Shown here: in pieces, positions 40,726 through 52,675 of the stretch
How positions within the stretch are numbered: the stretch's first letter is position 1
How the letters are laid out: each line of letters starts with the position of its first letter
From: Elsinoe ampelina
Lineage: Eukaryota
Assembly (NCBI GenBank): GCA_010093995.1
Contig: ML992517.1
Location: forward strand, 14,677-78,676
DNA: 64,000 nt
Direction: 5' to 3'
Program-made: the position numbers and the translations under genes
The notes under the pieces: model-generated
Told to the model about the DNA's origin: nothing
The model's database searches: none
What the model saw: only the letters and a program-made list of their open reading frames with translations

Positions 40726-41293
40726 GATTGATCTGGCAATGACGTGTGGGGAGCATGCGGTTTGAGGTCGTTCGGGATGTCGCTACTTCTAGGTGTTGGC
40801 ACATTGTCTTGTGGACAGTGACTTTGCCTTGTTCGACGACGGATGGAGGTGCCTAGGGAGTGCCCAGGATACGTTTAGATGCGTTTCTCAAGTAGATATT
40901 CATGGCGGAACGGCCGACATATCAATGAAATGCACGTCAACGGTGCCATTTACCCTGGTGGTTGAAAAGATTTGCACAGATCATCTGGACGAGACATCTG
41001 CAGTTTGAGAACACGACGGAGCGAACGAATGAAGAGATGCAGTAGCCTACCTCAATGTCAGAAATGATTATGGCGTCAATGAATTCTAATAAATTGGCAG
41101 GTCATGCTGGAAGTCAAATTGGTGGCAGACGTTGCAGAAAGGTGCAAGTTGAAGTTTCAACGGCGAATTGGACCCTTTGCATGGTTCCACTATGATAATG
41201 TCGACTGCTAGTCCTGTGGCGTATAAACGACTTTGTCGCTGATCGGGTCATCAAAGTGCCTCTCCAAAGAGTCGCATGACAGACGTCGACGTC

Positions 41294-43662
41294 TCAATAA
41301 GGCGGTCCGCTCCCTGGTAATGCAAACTGAAAGCCAAAGCTCGGGACTGCTGGCGGCGGAGCGTATGCAACTTGCTCCTGCGGCCTGGGACTGTTGAACC
41401 TCTCCTGATGACTCGCACCATACGAACCAGCTCCCATGGCGGCATCAGCGCCTCCGCCCTTTCTGAACTTCTTCGACCCTCTGTGACGTCCCTTATTGTG
41501 CCCATCGCCGCCTTCGTGCTTGCCTCCCGTCTCGGGACCGACTCGCTTGCTCATTGCCTTGCTGCTGACTCCAGCGCCAATCTCGATATCAGGTTCCTCC
41601 ATGACAAGTCCCGGTTGGATATCCTGCCCACCCGTGCCGCCGTACTCTGCTGTCAACGCCCATTTCATATCGGCTTCCGTCAGGCTCGAAATGGGTATTG
41701 TGCTTTCGCCATTGGAGTAGTCGCAGCATTCTCGAGGGCCAAAGCCGACGCCCCATTTAGTCTGACGTGCTTTGCTGATTGCGTTTGGCTGAGACCTCTG
41801 CAACTCATCCATACCTTGCTTGGCGGCTACCGCACCTTGACGGCTACACATCTTGACAAAAGCGTGTCGCTTGTCAGCATTGACGATGCACGTCTGTACC
41901 GCGCCGAACCTCTCGAAGATACCGCGAAGCTCCGCCTCGCGCGCAGAGCAACCGCCTACGAAGAGAGTGCGAGAGAGGACCTTGATGTGATTCGGAAGAA
42001 GGGCTGGGTCAAATGAGACCCATTTCTCTTTCGATGCAGGGGCAGAAGGCTGGCCTCCAACAATCTGTCGTGGTGGAGAGCGCTGACGATAACGATTCTT
42101 ACCTCGACCTCCACCGTTACTAGCAAAGTCTTGTTGTGGGTCAATCATGTTGGTTGACGTGTCGTAAGCGTCGTAAGCAGGGTTTGGTCTTTGATTACTC
42201 CCCGGCCACTGGCGCGCGTTAGGAGAACGACTTCGATCTCGCTTGCGAGACCCATTTGGAGGCTCGAAACCAGCCCTGCCGTTCTGCGCAGGAGGCTGCC
42301 AACTTTGGACAGGTGCAGGAGCAGGTGCCTGGCTCGCTTGAGGATACAAAGCGGCGAATACTGGTCCCCACTGCTCTTGAGGTATACCATTCTTCAAAAG
42401 TCCATCAAAAAGCTGGGCTATCTGAGCAACCTTCTCTGGATCGGCCAAAATGTGGGGAGGTACGAGATTGGCAATGGTAGTAGCCAAGTCCGGTTGTTGC
42501 GGCGCCTGCTGAGGCGGTGGAGCTGGAGCAGCTGGCGGGTACAAGCTTGCTATCGGTGGTGGGAAACTCGGACTCTGAACAGATTGAGGCGGGTAAGTGT
42601 ACTGCTGATATTGAGGAGGTGCTGGAGGTTGTGGTACTGCGGGTGGTGCTGGCGGTTGAGCAAAGCCAGCCAGGAGCGCAGAGAGATCTTGGGGCGCTGG
42701 CTGTGGAGCTTGTGGTACTGGTGCCGGGGAGTGTTGGGCAGGCATAACTAGCCCTGCGAGCGCCCTCAGCAGACCTGCCGTATCAGTGCTGCTTACCTGA
42801 GCAGGTACGGGCGCCGCGGGCTGGATGACGACTGGTGGGGGCTGAGAAGGCGCCGGCCGTAAACCGAGATAGTGTAATAGCTGAGGTGGCGGGCTGCCAG
42901 GTGGTGTCCTCGATGGGACATCTTGAAAGCGTATCAGCATGTTTTCTTGACTTTGCGGAAAGCATTGCTCACAAGCAGCAGGACCTTGTAATCTCTGTCT
43001 AAAGTCTGCGATCATCTTTTCCGAAAAGGTGGCGCCCCGCTCCCAGATCTCTACCAAATTCTGTATCTTCGGCTATCGACATGTCAGATCCGTGCTTATA
43101 TATGAAGTGCATACCCCAAGATCGGGATGTTGCATGAACCCAAGCAGGTATCCATCACAGCAAAGAACGTGGCCGGTTCCGGTCATGCGATGATGTCGTT
43201 CTACGCCACATGCTCTCATCTGCGATATCAAGCTCGACATACCTTTTGATCTGGTGGCGCTGTCCGCACGGTCTCATCTACGAGGGAGGGCAATAATTCA
43301 GTCATGCGTTGTACGCCGGATGCATATGTCCCGACCGGAGCACTGCCTAAGCCTAGCTCTTGACCTGATGCTCTTGCTTTTTCTATCCATTGTCGAGTCA
43401 CGGAATCTAGGACGAATAGAATACCTAGTTTGTGGGTGGGTGGTGTCCTCTTGAAGTTGCTGTATATCTTTTGCGCTATCGTCGAGTCAAGCTGAGATGG
43501 GATCGTTAGTGTCATGACGGAAGTTCGCCAATACCGGATACTCACATGAATGTTGTCGACGCATATCTGAGTGATGGCGGTAATCTTTGATTTTGACGCT
43601 CCCGGTGGCTTCAGAGACTGCAGAGATTGCAACAACGGATCGAGCTGGTCTACCTGCGACAT
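41294..43662 (-). CDS. NRD1: RNA-binding transcription termination factor Nrd1/Seb1/NrdA (CID + RRM), spliced
   Basis: CID (PPGASKSKI..HKLGILFVLDSVTR..LVEIWERGATF) and RRM IKVLSRTLFVGG..VQTCIVNADKRHAFVKM..WGVGFGPRECCDY. Confidence 0.93.
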
Positions 43663-44606
43663 GACTACTAGGTGGAAGACGGATGTCAAGAACCAACCGA
43701 GACAGGGTTAAAAGCGAATGACAGACAAGATTTGGCCGGAACTATGGCCTTTGCTCATCGGCAAGAAAGCACTGTCGCAATTTTTGCTGGCTTGGTCCAG
43801 CTACGCAGCTGTCTCTACTGGATACCACGGAAGGTAGGAGTGAAGGTGTGATGAAATCCCTGATGATGAAGATACCCCTTCGAGGTGAAGATGATCTAAG
43901 AGTGAAAGGCCGGAAGAGCTTGCGACGATGCGCTTTTACAGGGAATGAGACTCGATGCGACAAGTGCAACAGTCGTGCTTTCCAACAGCGCTCGAAGCTG
44001 AAATATACGTCCCTGCCAAAATGATCGAAGTCACTGAATGCCACGGGTTGAGCAAGGAGTGGAAGGTATTCGAGAGTCGCAGTCAGATTGGATTAATGAT
44101 GATCTGAGATGTGAGAAGAAAAGGGCTCCGGGATGTGGGAATGGGAAGTCGGAGGACTTCTGAGATGGACCCGACTGACCAGTCAACGGCGTCGTGCAAG
44201 GTGAGCTGCGAATGCTTCAATCGTCATTGTCAGAAACTCTTCTAGCTAGCAGTGTATTCTGCCTTTGAGATTATGCTAGACATACAATGATAAAGAGAGC
44301 GCATGCAGCTCATGATTATTCCTGCTCAAGATACTCCGGTGAATCTGTAGTCGCCGTCCCAAGGTTCCACTGCTTTTTGAAAAAGAGTCGGGCCGGGCAT
44401 GAGCTGCCGAGGGCGATCCCGGCTAGGTCTGCTCTGCTCTGCTTCTGCTTTGCTTTGGCTCGCAGTGACATTTTTTCGCCCGACGCTTCGTTGCTGTTGA
44501 CCATCTCAACCACCTCAACCTATTGTCAACATCACCCTTTCCACCACCTTAATCACATCAGCCAGCTTATTCCTTCTGTCCTTGCACCAGCGCTGCTTCA
44601 TTCACA

Positions 44607-46222
44607 ATGGCCTCCATGAGACTGAGCTCGTCGCTGCTGCGCAATGCTTCTTCTGTTGCTCCGTTGAGAGCTAGCTTTGCGGCTCGCGCATACTCATCAA
44701 AAACCACCGTATGTCCAAGCAATGTCTCTATTTGCTCTGTTGTACTTACTGACGGATCCTCACAGTCCCTCAAAGAGACCTTTGCCGCAAAGATCCCCGA
44801 GAACGTCGAGAAGGTCAAGAAGCTCCGAAAGTAAGGAAACAGGTCTAGCAAGAGCATGAACAACAGCTAATACCAATGGTGTAGAGAGCACGGTAACAAG
44901 GTCATCGGCGAAGTAACTCTCGATCAAGTCTACGGTGGTGCCCGTGGTATCAAATCTCTTGTATGGGAAGGCTCAGTCCTTGACTCGGAAGAGGGTATCC
45001 GTTTCCGTGGCAAGACCGTAAGGAGGCCCTTCGCGTATCTGACACCAATTGTTAATCAACTATAGATCCCAGAGTGCCAGCAGCTCCTGCCCAAGGCTCC
45101 AGGTGGAGAGGAGCCACTCCCTGAAGGCCTTTTCTGGCTTCTCCTGACTGGCGAAGTCCCATCAGAACAGCAAGTCCGCGATCTCTCAGCTGAGTGGGCT
45201 GCTCGCTCCGATGTCCCAAAGTTCGTGCAGGAGCTTATTGACCGCTGCCCGAATGATCTCCACCCCATGGCTCAGTTCTCCCTCGCTGTCACCGCTCTCG
45301 AGCGCGAGTCTGCTTTCTCCCGCGCCTACGCCAAGGGTATGAAGAAGGCCGAGTACTGGGAGCACACCTTCGAGGACTCCATGGACGTCATCGCTAAGCT
45401 CCCTGGTATCGCCGCTCGTATCTACCGCAACGTCTTCAAGGATGGCAAGGTCGCCCCGAATGAGAAGGACAAGGATTATGGCTGGAACTTGGCCAACCAG
45501 CTCGGTTACTCCAGCAACTCTGACTTTGTCGAGCTTATGCGCCTGTACCTAACTATTCACACTGATCACGAGGGTGGCAACGTCTCCGCCCATACCACTC
45601 ACCTTGTCGGCTCCGCTCTGTCCTCCCCGGCTCTCTCCTTGGCCGCTGGTCTGAACGGTCTCGCTGGTCCCCTTCACGGTCTTGCCAACCAGGAAGTGCT
45701 CAACTGGCTGCTTGAGATGAAGTCGGCCATTGGCAACGATCTCAGCGACAAGGCCATTACTGATTACCTCTGGTCTACTCTCAAGGCCGGCCGTGTTGTT
45801 CCAGGTTACGGTCACGCCGTGCTCAGAAAGACTGACCCGCGTTACGTCTCCCAGCGCGAGTTCGCCCAGCGCAAGCTGCCAGAAGACCCAATGTTCAAGC
45901 TTGTCAGCCAGGTCTACAAGATCGCCCCCGGTGTCTTGACCGAGCACGGAAAGACCAAGAACCCGTACCCCAACGTTGACGCCGTAAGTTAACTTAACAT
46001 TGGTTCGATGAGTATTTACTGACATGAACCCAGCACTCTGGTGTCCTTCTCCAATACTACGGTCTCAAGGAGCAGAGCTTCTACACTGTTCTTTTCGGTG
46101 TCAGCCGTGCCCTCGGTGTTCTTCCTCAGCTCATCATCGACCGCTCCCTCGGTGCACCAATCGAGAGGCCCAAGTCCTTCAGCACAGAGGCCTTTGCCAA
46201 GCTTGTCGGCGCCACCCTCTAA
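44607..46222 (+). CDS. CIT1: Mitochondrial citrate synthase, 4 introns
   Basis: Mitochondrial presequence, [67 protein letters not shown] and IERPKS; stop 46220-46222. Confidence 0.97.
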
Positions 46223-46510
46223 GCGGGTGACGACAGAAAATGAGACGGATTCATGGGATGGGATAGACCGGGGGTGGATGCAAGTTGAGCTGTGTTTCTC
46301 AAGCCGTTCGGATGGAGCACATACTTGATCAGATCTGCTTTCTCTTGCTGTATACCTCGTGAAATTGACAATGTGTATCTACATAGTCGACAGACTCTAC
46401 TCTACAGAACAATTTGTTTTATCCGAGCAGTGCAGCAATGTCCGAAAGGGGTCTTCCCGGCTCCCCTCGGTGAACAAAGTTGGCTGCAAGTCTTCTCAAC
46501 GCAATCGGTA

Positions 46511-46551
46511 ACGCTTGCAAGGGGGTTTGTCAATCGACCCCCTTTGTCAAT
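46511..46551 (+). repeat. Left TIR ACGCTTGCAAGGGGGTTTGTCAATCGACCCCCTTTGTCAAT
   Basis: Exact reverse complement of 48675-48715; internal direct repeat TTTGTCAAT x2. Confidence 0.95.
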
Positions 46552-48674
46552 TTTGCCGATCTTAGCCAATCCTGACGACCAATCGGCCGTACCGATTGGC
46601 TAAGGATTGCTATACAATTGGTACTTCTTGGCGGTCGGATTACTTCATGGAAATTGCTTAAAATCGAAGAGGAACTAAAGCTAAAGAGCATATGTAATTT
46701 ATCGATATAGACGAATTAATAGTGTAATAAAAAGTTACTCTAGCGTAATAGGCTTATCACTAGATTAGCTAGTAACGGCTTAACTAGCTATTTAAGCTAT
46801 GGAGGATTAAGTGTAGCTAGCTAAGTACTTAGCCTTATACTCTTTTACCTTCTTTATAGCCTTAGCATAATAGTGCTTAAAGTAATCTTAATAGTATAAG
46901 GCCTTATACTAAGCTAGTGTATCTTCTTCTAAGCTCTTTAAGGCCTTACTAGCTTACCTCTTGCCTTAATAGGCATGCTTCTTCTGCTGCTTAAGGGTAG
47001 TAAGGTAATTATAATAAGTTTAAATTTACTAAGCCTCGGCAGTAGAGAGGATAGTTAGACTAGTAATACGTAAGGAGAATATCTTCTTATTTTACTTAAG
47101 GCCTTAGTAGAGGTAGTAGTTCTCCTTATAGAGAAGAGTAAGCTTATTACTATAAGCTTTAAAGGCTTTTCCGAGATAGTAAATATCTTTAAGACTATTA
47201 TTAAAAAGCGAGGTAACTATATATTAAGCGTGGCTATTAAACTAGCAATTCGACTAAGAGGTAACTTAGTAATATTACTCCGGATCGGCCTCTTCTAGTA
47301 TAGCTAAAGGGAAAGGTATTTCTTTACGAAGGTGTTAAAGAACTTATAAAGGATTAAGAGGAGCTATACTAGTACGCTAGAAGAATTAACTCTATATAAA
47401 GACTATAAAAACCTTATCTCTTACTCGACTATAGCACTAAATAAAATGCTAGTTATTTATCTCTTAGATACCTTACTATATTATAAGCTTGTTAATTATG
47501 CTATAATAGGCGTCCTTTAGGTAACTAAATATAGTAATATCGAGAGGTTATAGAAGGTAAGTTATATAAGAAGGTAGCTAGAGAATAACAATATTATAGT
47601 GCTATACTAGCTTAAGAAACTCTATACTCTTATACGAGTAATAACTATTAAGGAGGAGTAATCTCTTCTTAGTTAGATTAGATAGCGTAGTATACTTATT
47701 AAAGTGCCTTAGCTACTTAATAGTGTAAAGGCTTAAGGACTAGCTATTTTTAGAGACTTCTAGTAAAGCTTCTTATACTAAATTTTAAGTACTAAGTTGC
47801 TCTAGCTAGAGATGCTAGTTATCTATAAATATTATACTATAGAGGATAAAATAAAATAGTATAGTCTAGCTAGTAGTACTAACTATCTTAATTAATATAG
47901 TATATGTCTATTAGCTTAGTTCTATACGGAAGAACTTCTTCTTTAATCTCTTAATAGTGTAAAAGCGTTTACTACTCTATCTAATAAGGAAGCTAGTCTT
48001 ATCTATATTATAGATATTCTCTAGCTTAATCTTATAGTTTAAAAGCACTCCTATAAGGTAGTTAAACTAGTACTAGATTACCTTTAGTTAATAGCTTTAA
48101 TAAGCCCTTATATGCTCTAGTAAAGCGATGTAGTAGAGGGCAAGTTCTTAATAACAATTAAGAAAGAAGAATAACTAGTACATGCCGAGAGCTAAAGGCT
48201 AAGAATGCTATAGATAAGGTGTCTATAACTACTACTACTAAAGTAATTAGTCGGCGAGATAGATAATTATAGTAGTCTCCGGAGGGAAGCCTCTATTAAT
48301 AAGGTACTTGATATACTTAATAAGGGCCTTTTCTAAGGTAGTATTAAGTTATTAGAGATATTAAAAGGCAACTAAGTATAAGCGCCTTTAGCCCTTATAA
48401 TAGCGCTAAAGCGTTAACGGATCGATTAAATAATTAAGAGTAATAGCCTTAAGACTTTGCTCATTTTAAGGATTATCTAGAACCTTATTTATAGCTATAA
48501 TTTACTTATCTAGATCTATAGTAAAGGTGGTATAAATTAGTGCGCTTTACATAAGAGCTTAAAGCTATAGAATTTATAGCAATTTGAGATATAAGGTTTG
48601 AATTTAGCACTTCCTATTGGTTAGAGGCACGGGCCGCGACGGCAGTTTTACTCTTTATGGATAGCCAAATCGTC

Positions 48675-48715
48675 ATTGACAAAGGGGGTCGATTGACAAA
48701 CCCCCTTGCAAGCGT
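48675..48715 (-). repeat. Right TIR of the pogo-like element
   Basis: Exact reverse complement of 46511-46551, followed by TA. Confidence 0.95.
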
Positions 48716-49133
48716 TAATCTCGTGTGTTCGGGGTCAACGAGTCAACGCGCTTGGGAACATCAGCGTGACGTTTGACCTACTGAGAGCTCCGACGAACGA
48801 TGGCTTCGGACACTCGGGAATCGTCTAGGATGCCTGCAATCGTACCATTTTCCTCCAACCCTGCTATAGCTCTGCCATTAAACATGCCAGGCCGCAATGC
48901 TGGCATTGGCCAATCAGATCATTCAAAGTCTGGGGAAAGCTCCCGTTAAGGGTCCGTGAGCACTCAACCATCCCGACACCGACAACGACCACTTTTCTTG
49001 AGGCCACAACATCTTTCATTATCCGATCTTGATTTCTCTCTCATCTCTGCCTTTTGCATCTACACACTTTCCCAGCAAAGAAGCGCACCTTTTGCCTTGG
49101 TCAGGCTCACCGTCACCGTTCCAATCCTCCATC

Positions 49134-50356
49134 ATGTCCGTCTCTGCCAGTGGAACCACAGCGCCCATCCCAGATGCTCCGACAACGCTGCAGAAGAAGC
49201 CGATCAAGCTGTCCAATCTCTTATGTATGTTCACATTCGACCCAAGAAAGAGCATGATATCCTGCAGGAGCTCCGACTGGCATCCTTCCACTGCTATCTG
49301 TAGCCTGCCAAGCAGCTTCGAAGCTATGCCTCGGGAGCCTTTTCCATAGCAAAGCAAGAGCGTGAGCATGAGCTGACAGCTTCCTCACAGTGGGCGCCGG
49401 TCTCAACATGTTTGAGGTGACAACACTAGGCCAGGTAACCAATTCCACTTCTCACATTTCCCAGCCTCGGCTAACCCATCCAAGCCTCTCGAAGTGACAA
49501 AGACCACCATGGCTGCCAACCGCGGTGACGGTATGGCCGGCGCCATCAGCCGTATCTGGTCTCGTGGCGGCGTGCTCGGGTGTAAGCCTCCTTCCCTCTC
49601 CTCTTAACCATCCCCTAAACCCCTTCAGTCTACCAAGGTCTCATCCCCTGGGCCTGGATCGAAGCCTCCACCAAGGGCGCCGTCCTCCTCTTCGTCGCCT
49701 CCGAAGCCGAATACTACGCCCGCGCCGCCGGCGCCTCCCCCTTTGTCGGCGGCATCTCAGGCGGCATGGTCGGCGGTCTCGCCCAAGCCTATGCAACCAT
49801 GGGCTTCTGCACGTGCATGAAGACGGTCGAAATCACAAAACACAAAGTCGCAGCTACCGGCGTCAAGCCTCCCGGCACCATGGCTACCTTCATGGACATC
49901 TATCGCCGCGAGGGCATCCGCGGCATCAACAAAGGCGTCAACGCCGTCGCCGTCCGCCAAGTGACAAACTGGGGCTCGCGCTTCGGTCTCTCGCGCGTCG
50001 CGGAGAGCGGCATTCGAAAGTTCACCGGCAAGGCAGACGACGCGAAACTCAGCGCGCCGGAGAAGATCCTCGCTTCTGCGTTGGGAGGTGGTCTCAGTGC
50101 TTGGAACCAACCCATTGAAGTCGTTCGCGTCGAGATGCAGAGCAAGACGGTAGACCCCAACAGGCCGAAGAAGTTGGGTGTCGGGTCGGCGTTTAGGTAT
50201 ATCTACAGCCAGAACGGGATCAAGGGTCTCTACAGGGGTGTGACGCCTAGGATTGGTTTGGGCGTGTGGCAGACGGTTTGCATGGTTGCGTTGGGGGATA
50301 TTGCCAAGGAGGCGGTGGAGAAGTTGACTGGGGAGGCGGTGACGGCGAAGCATTAG
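49134..50356 (+). CDS. YHM2: Mitochondrial citrate/2-oxoglutarate carrier Yhm2 (YhmA/CocA), 3 introns
   Basis: LQKKPIKLSNLL|LGAGLNMFEVTTLGQ|PLEV, GLIPWAWIEASTKG, MGFCTCMKTVEIT, RQVTNWGSRFG, WNQPIEVVRVEMQS and GLYRGVTPRIGLG. Confidence 0.95.
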
Positions 50357-50605
50357 GTGTGTATTTCTGGGTTGGGGACTGCTGCAGGGATGACATGAGT
50401 ACGGGAGGTGATGTGTGGGTCAAGGGATACAGAGATAGATAGATGGTTCATGTCATGATATCATTTCCACATGTTCCTCATATTCCTGCTATCCTGTCCA
50501 CATCTAACAATATGTACATCACCACTCCCGTCTCAACCCCCGGGTCCTCATCGGTCCCGATCCCACATCCTCCCCCTTTGCCCCGCCTTTGGCCCTAATG
50601 CCACC

Positions 50606-52390
50606 TCAAGCAAAATCATAAACAACCAAACTCTGGCCCCCTCCCATCCTCTCCTTGAGCAGCACCACATTCTCCTCGTCAAACCCCACCCACCCGCGCG
50701 CTATACTCGTCTCTTCCTCTTCTGTCCCACGGTACCACTCACTCCACCAGCTCACAGTCTCACCAATACTGGGATCCACTCCGACGGGGCCTACATCTTC
50801 GACCGGGACCACACTGCCTTCGACCGAACCCGTAGTACGCTCCAAGGCAGCGCCCGCAAGCCCCCTCTCAAGCGACGCAGGGAGAGCACTCTCGACTGAG
50901 CGAGGCGATCGCGGTGAGGGACTCGCAGGCGTGACACGGACACTGCCCTCCCCTCGACTCGTGGTGCCTTCAGGCGCTCGCTTGGAGCGCGCCGTGTCTT
51001 CTAGGTTCCAGAGCCGTACTTCGTCCCCGCGCTTGGTGACGCTGACTGCCCTCCCGCGGAGACCGATGGTGGTGCCGCTTACGGAGGAGGTGTGGCCCCA
51101 TAGGCGGCGACCGGGGGAGATGGTCAGGGTTGTGGATGTGGATGTGACGAGGTAGAGGGTGAGGGTGTTGTCTGCGTGGGAGACGAGGAGGTAGGGGTGG
51201 TTGTAGGAGAGGGAGGTCGGGAGGGTGTGGATTTCTGTGTGTGCGGTTTCGCGGAAGAAGGATGAGGTGGTTTGTTGGGGGTCGGTGGAGGTGAAGGGGA
51301 AGACGCTGTAGTTCGATTGTTGGAAGCGAGGGACAGAAGGAGATGGGGATATGGCGGATACGAGGCGAGAGTTGAGGAGTGTGGAGTCCGTGGGCGAGAG
51401 GTGGAGTTCTTGGATGCCGACGGTCCAGCCGGAGAGGTAGCTGCGGAGCGTATATGCGATGGAGACGAGAATTGCGCTTGGAGAAGGTCTGATGCTGAGG
51501 GAGAGTGGAGGATAGGAGGTGTGGGAGTGAAGCGAGTGAACGAGCGTTGGCGAGGATAGGTTAGCTGCCGAAGGGTCGCGGAACTTGTATACGGACAGAA
51601 GCTGATTGGCTGTCATGGTTGCCAGGTAGGGGAAGGAGAAAGCAACGGCACTGAGCATGCCATTTGAGGAGGCGGGATGGCGATAGCGAAGCCGAAAGAC
51701 TCGAGATCGATGATCCAGCTCGTTTATATCGAATGAGCCATCCTGGAAGCCGGTAGCAACCAGAGTTGTGTCTTCCGATATCTTCGAAGCGTCAACCGCG
51801 AGAGATGTAGGTGGACTGCTTGATCCGTGGATGTTTGTCACAGCAAGCATTTCTGCGCCCGAGGTACTGTTCCATGCTCGTAGACCGTCGGCGCGGTCTG
51901 CCATGAAGATCGTGCTTTCCCTCATCTGTACAAGCAATGGCGGTATCGAGACTTGCTCGGAGACCGCCACTTCACTGACCGAGCATGTCCCTTGAGACCA
52001 GTTATGCCTCAATTTGTACTGCCTCTTCCAATTCGTAGTATGCCCTTTCTTGACCAAACCATCCTCATCCAGCCACCTTGACACTTTCGACGAGAAATGT
52101 AATCGCTGGTCCGAGTCCTCTGACTCTCGTATGCCCGGAATTCTGGAAGCTCGTGGTCGGACAAAGCGGTTGTAGTAGTGAGCTTTCCATAGCTGAGAGT
52201 CCGCCGCCAAGTCCTTAAAGTGACGTGATACACGGTGACATACAACCAGATCGGTGACCGGTAGAGACGACAAAATGCGAAGAATAAGTTCCTGGGAAAG
52301 TATGGACAGGCGGTCTACCCAAGATGGGTCCAGACGGGTGCGCTTGATCTGAGGAGGCGCCTCATCATACAGCTCTCGAGATCTCTTCAT
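50606..52390 (-). CDS. F-box protein with a probable beta-propeller C-terminus
   Basis: LSILSQELILRILSSLPVTDLVVCHRVSRHF..LWK F-box, WKRQYKLRHNW and RRLWGHTSSVS WD-like repeat; first ATG at 52390. Confidence 0.87.
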   Translation of the reverse strand: MKRSRELYDEAPPQIKRTRLDPSWVDRLSILSQELILRILSSLPVTDLVVCHRVSRHFKDLAADSQLWKAHYYNRFVRPRASRIPGIRESEDSDQRLHFSSKVSRWLDEDGLVKKGHTTNWKRQYKLRHNWSQGTCSVSEVAVSEQVSIPPLLVQMRESTIFMADRADGLRAWNSTSGAEMLAVTNIHGSSSPPTSLAVDASKISEDTTLVATGFQDGSFDINELDHRSRVFRLRYRHPASSNGMLSAVAFSFPYLATMTANQLLSVYKFRDPSAANLSSPTLVHSLHSHTSYPPLSLSIRPSPSAILVSIAYTLRSYLSGWTVGIQELHLSPTDSTLLNSRLVSAISPSPSVPRFQQSNYSVFPFTSTDPQQTTSSFFRETAHTEIHTLPTSLSYNHPYLLVSHADNTLTLYLVTSTSTTLTISPGRRLWGHTSSVSGTTIGLRGRAVSVTKRGDEVRLWNLEDTARSKRAPEGTTSRGEGSVRVTPASPSPRSPRSVESALPASLERGLAGAALERTTGSVEGSVVPVEDVGPVGVDPSIGETVSWWSEWYRGTEEEETSIARGWVGFDEENVVLLKERMGGGQSLVVYDFA

Positions 52391-52675
52391 GACCCCGTCC
52401 CTCCTCCGACCAGAATTCTGTCTGCTCAACCAAGGTACTGGCAGTGGTATTGCAGGCAAGTTAGGTTGCGGAGTGGCACGAAAGATGGAGTTGCGGCAAA
52501 CTTCGGCTTGTCGGGCCGGAACTTCCGTTGCGCGTCACATGCTTGACATTCTGACATCTGCCTTATTCGACGCGTTCCAAGCAAGTTGCTACATCGGAAT
52601 TCATGAAGTCCGCACGCTGGACATGATTGGAACTTCTCCTGGAATATGGAAGACTGTTGATGCAGCAGCACGGAC

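Larger units (their letters stand above)
46511..48715 (-). mobile_element. Full-length 2205-bp pogo/Fot1-Pot2-like DNA transposon inactivated by RIP
   Basis: Perfect 41-bp TIRs (46511-46551 and 48675-48715) with TA duplications (46509-10 and 48716-17). The TpA-rich interior on the minus strand reads ENIYNIDKTSFLI (~48020), RLLLLNSY (~47665) and LPSYITYLL*PLDI (~47578), i.e. RIP-mutated NMDETGF, LLLDGH and HLLQPLD DDE motifs. Confidence 0.95.

Noticed and set aside
46680..48600. AT-rich block as a centromere
   Set aside because: Fully explained by TIRs, TSD and DDE remnants of a RIPed transposon.
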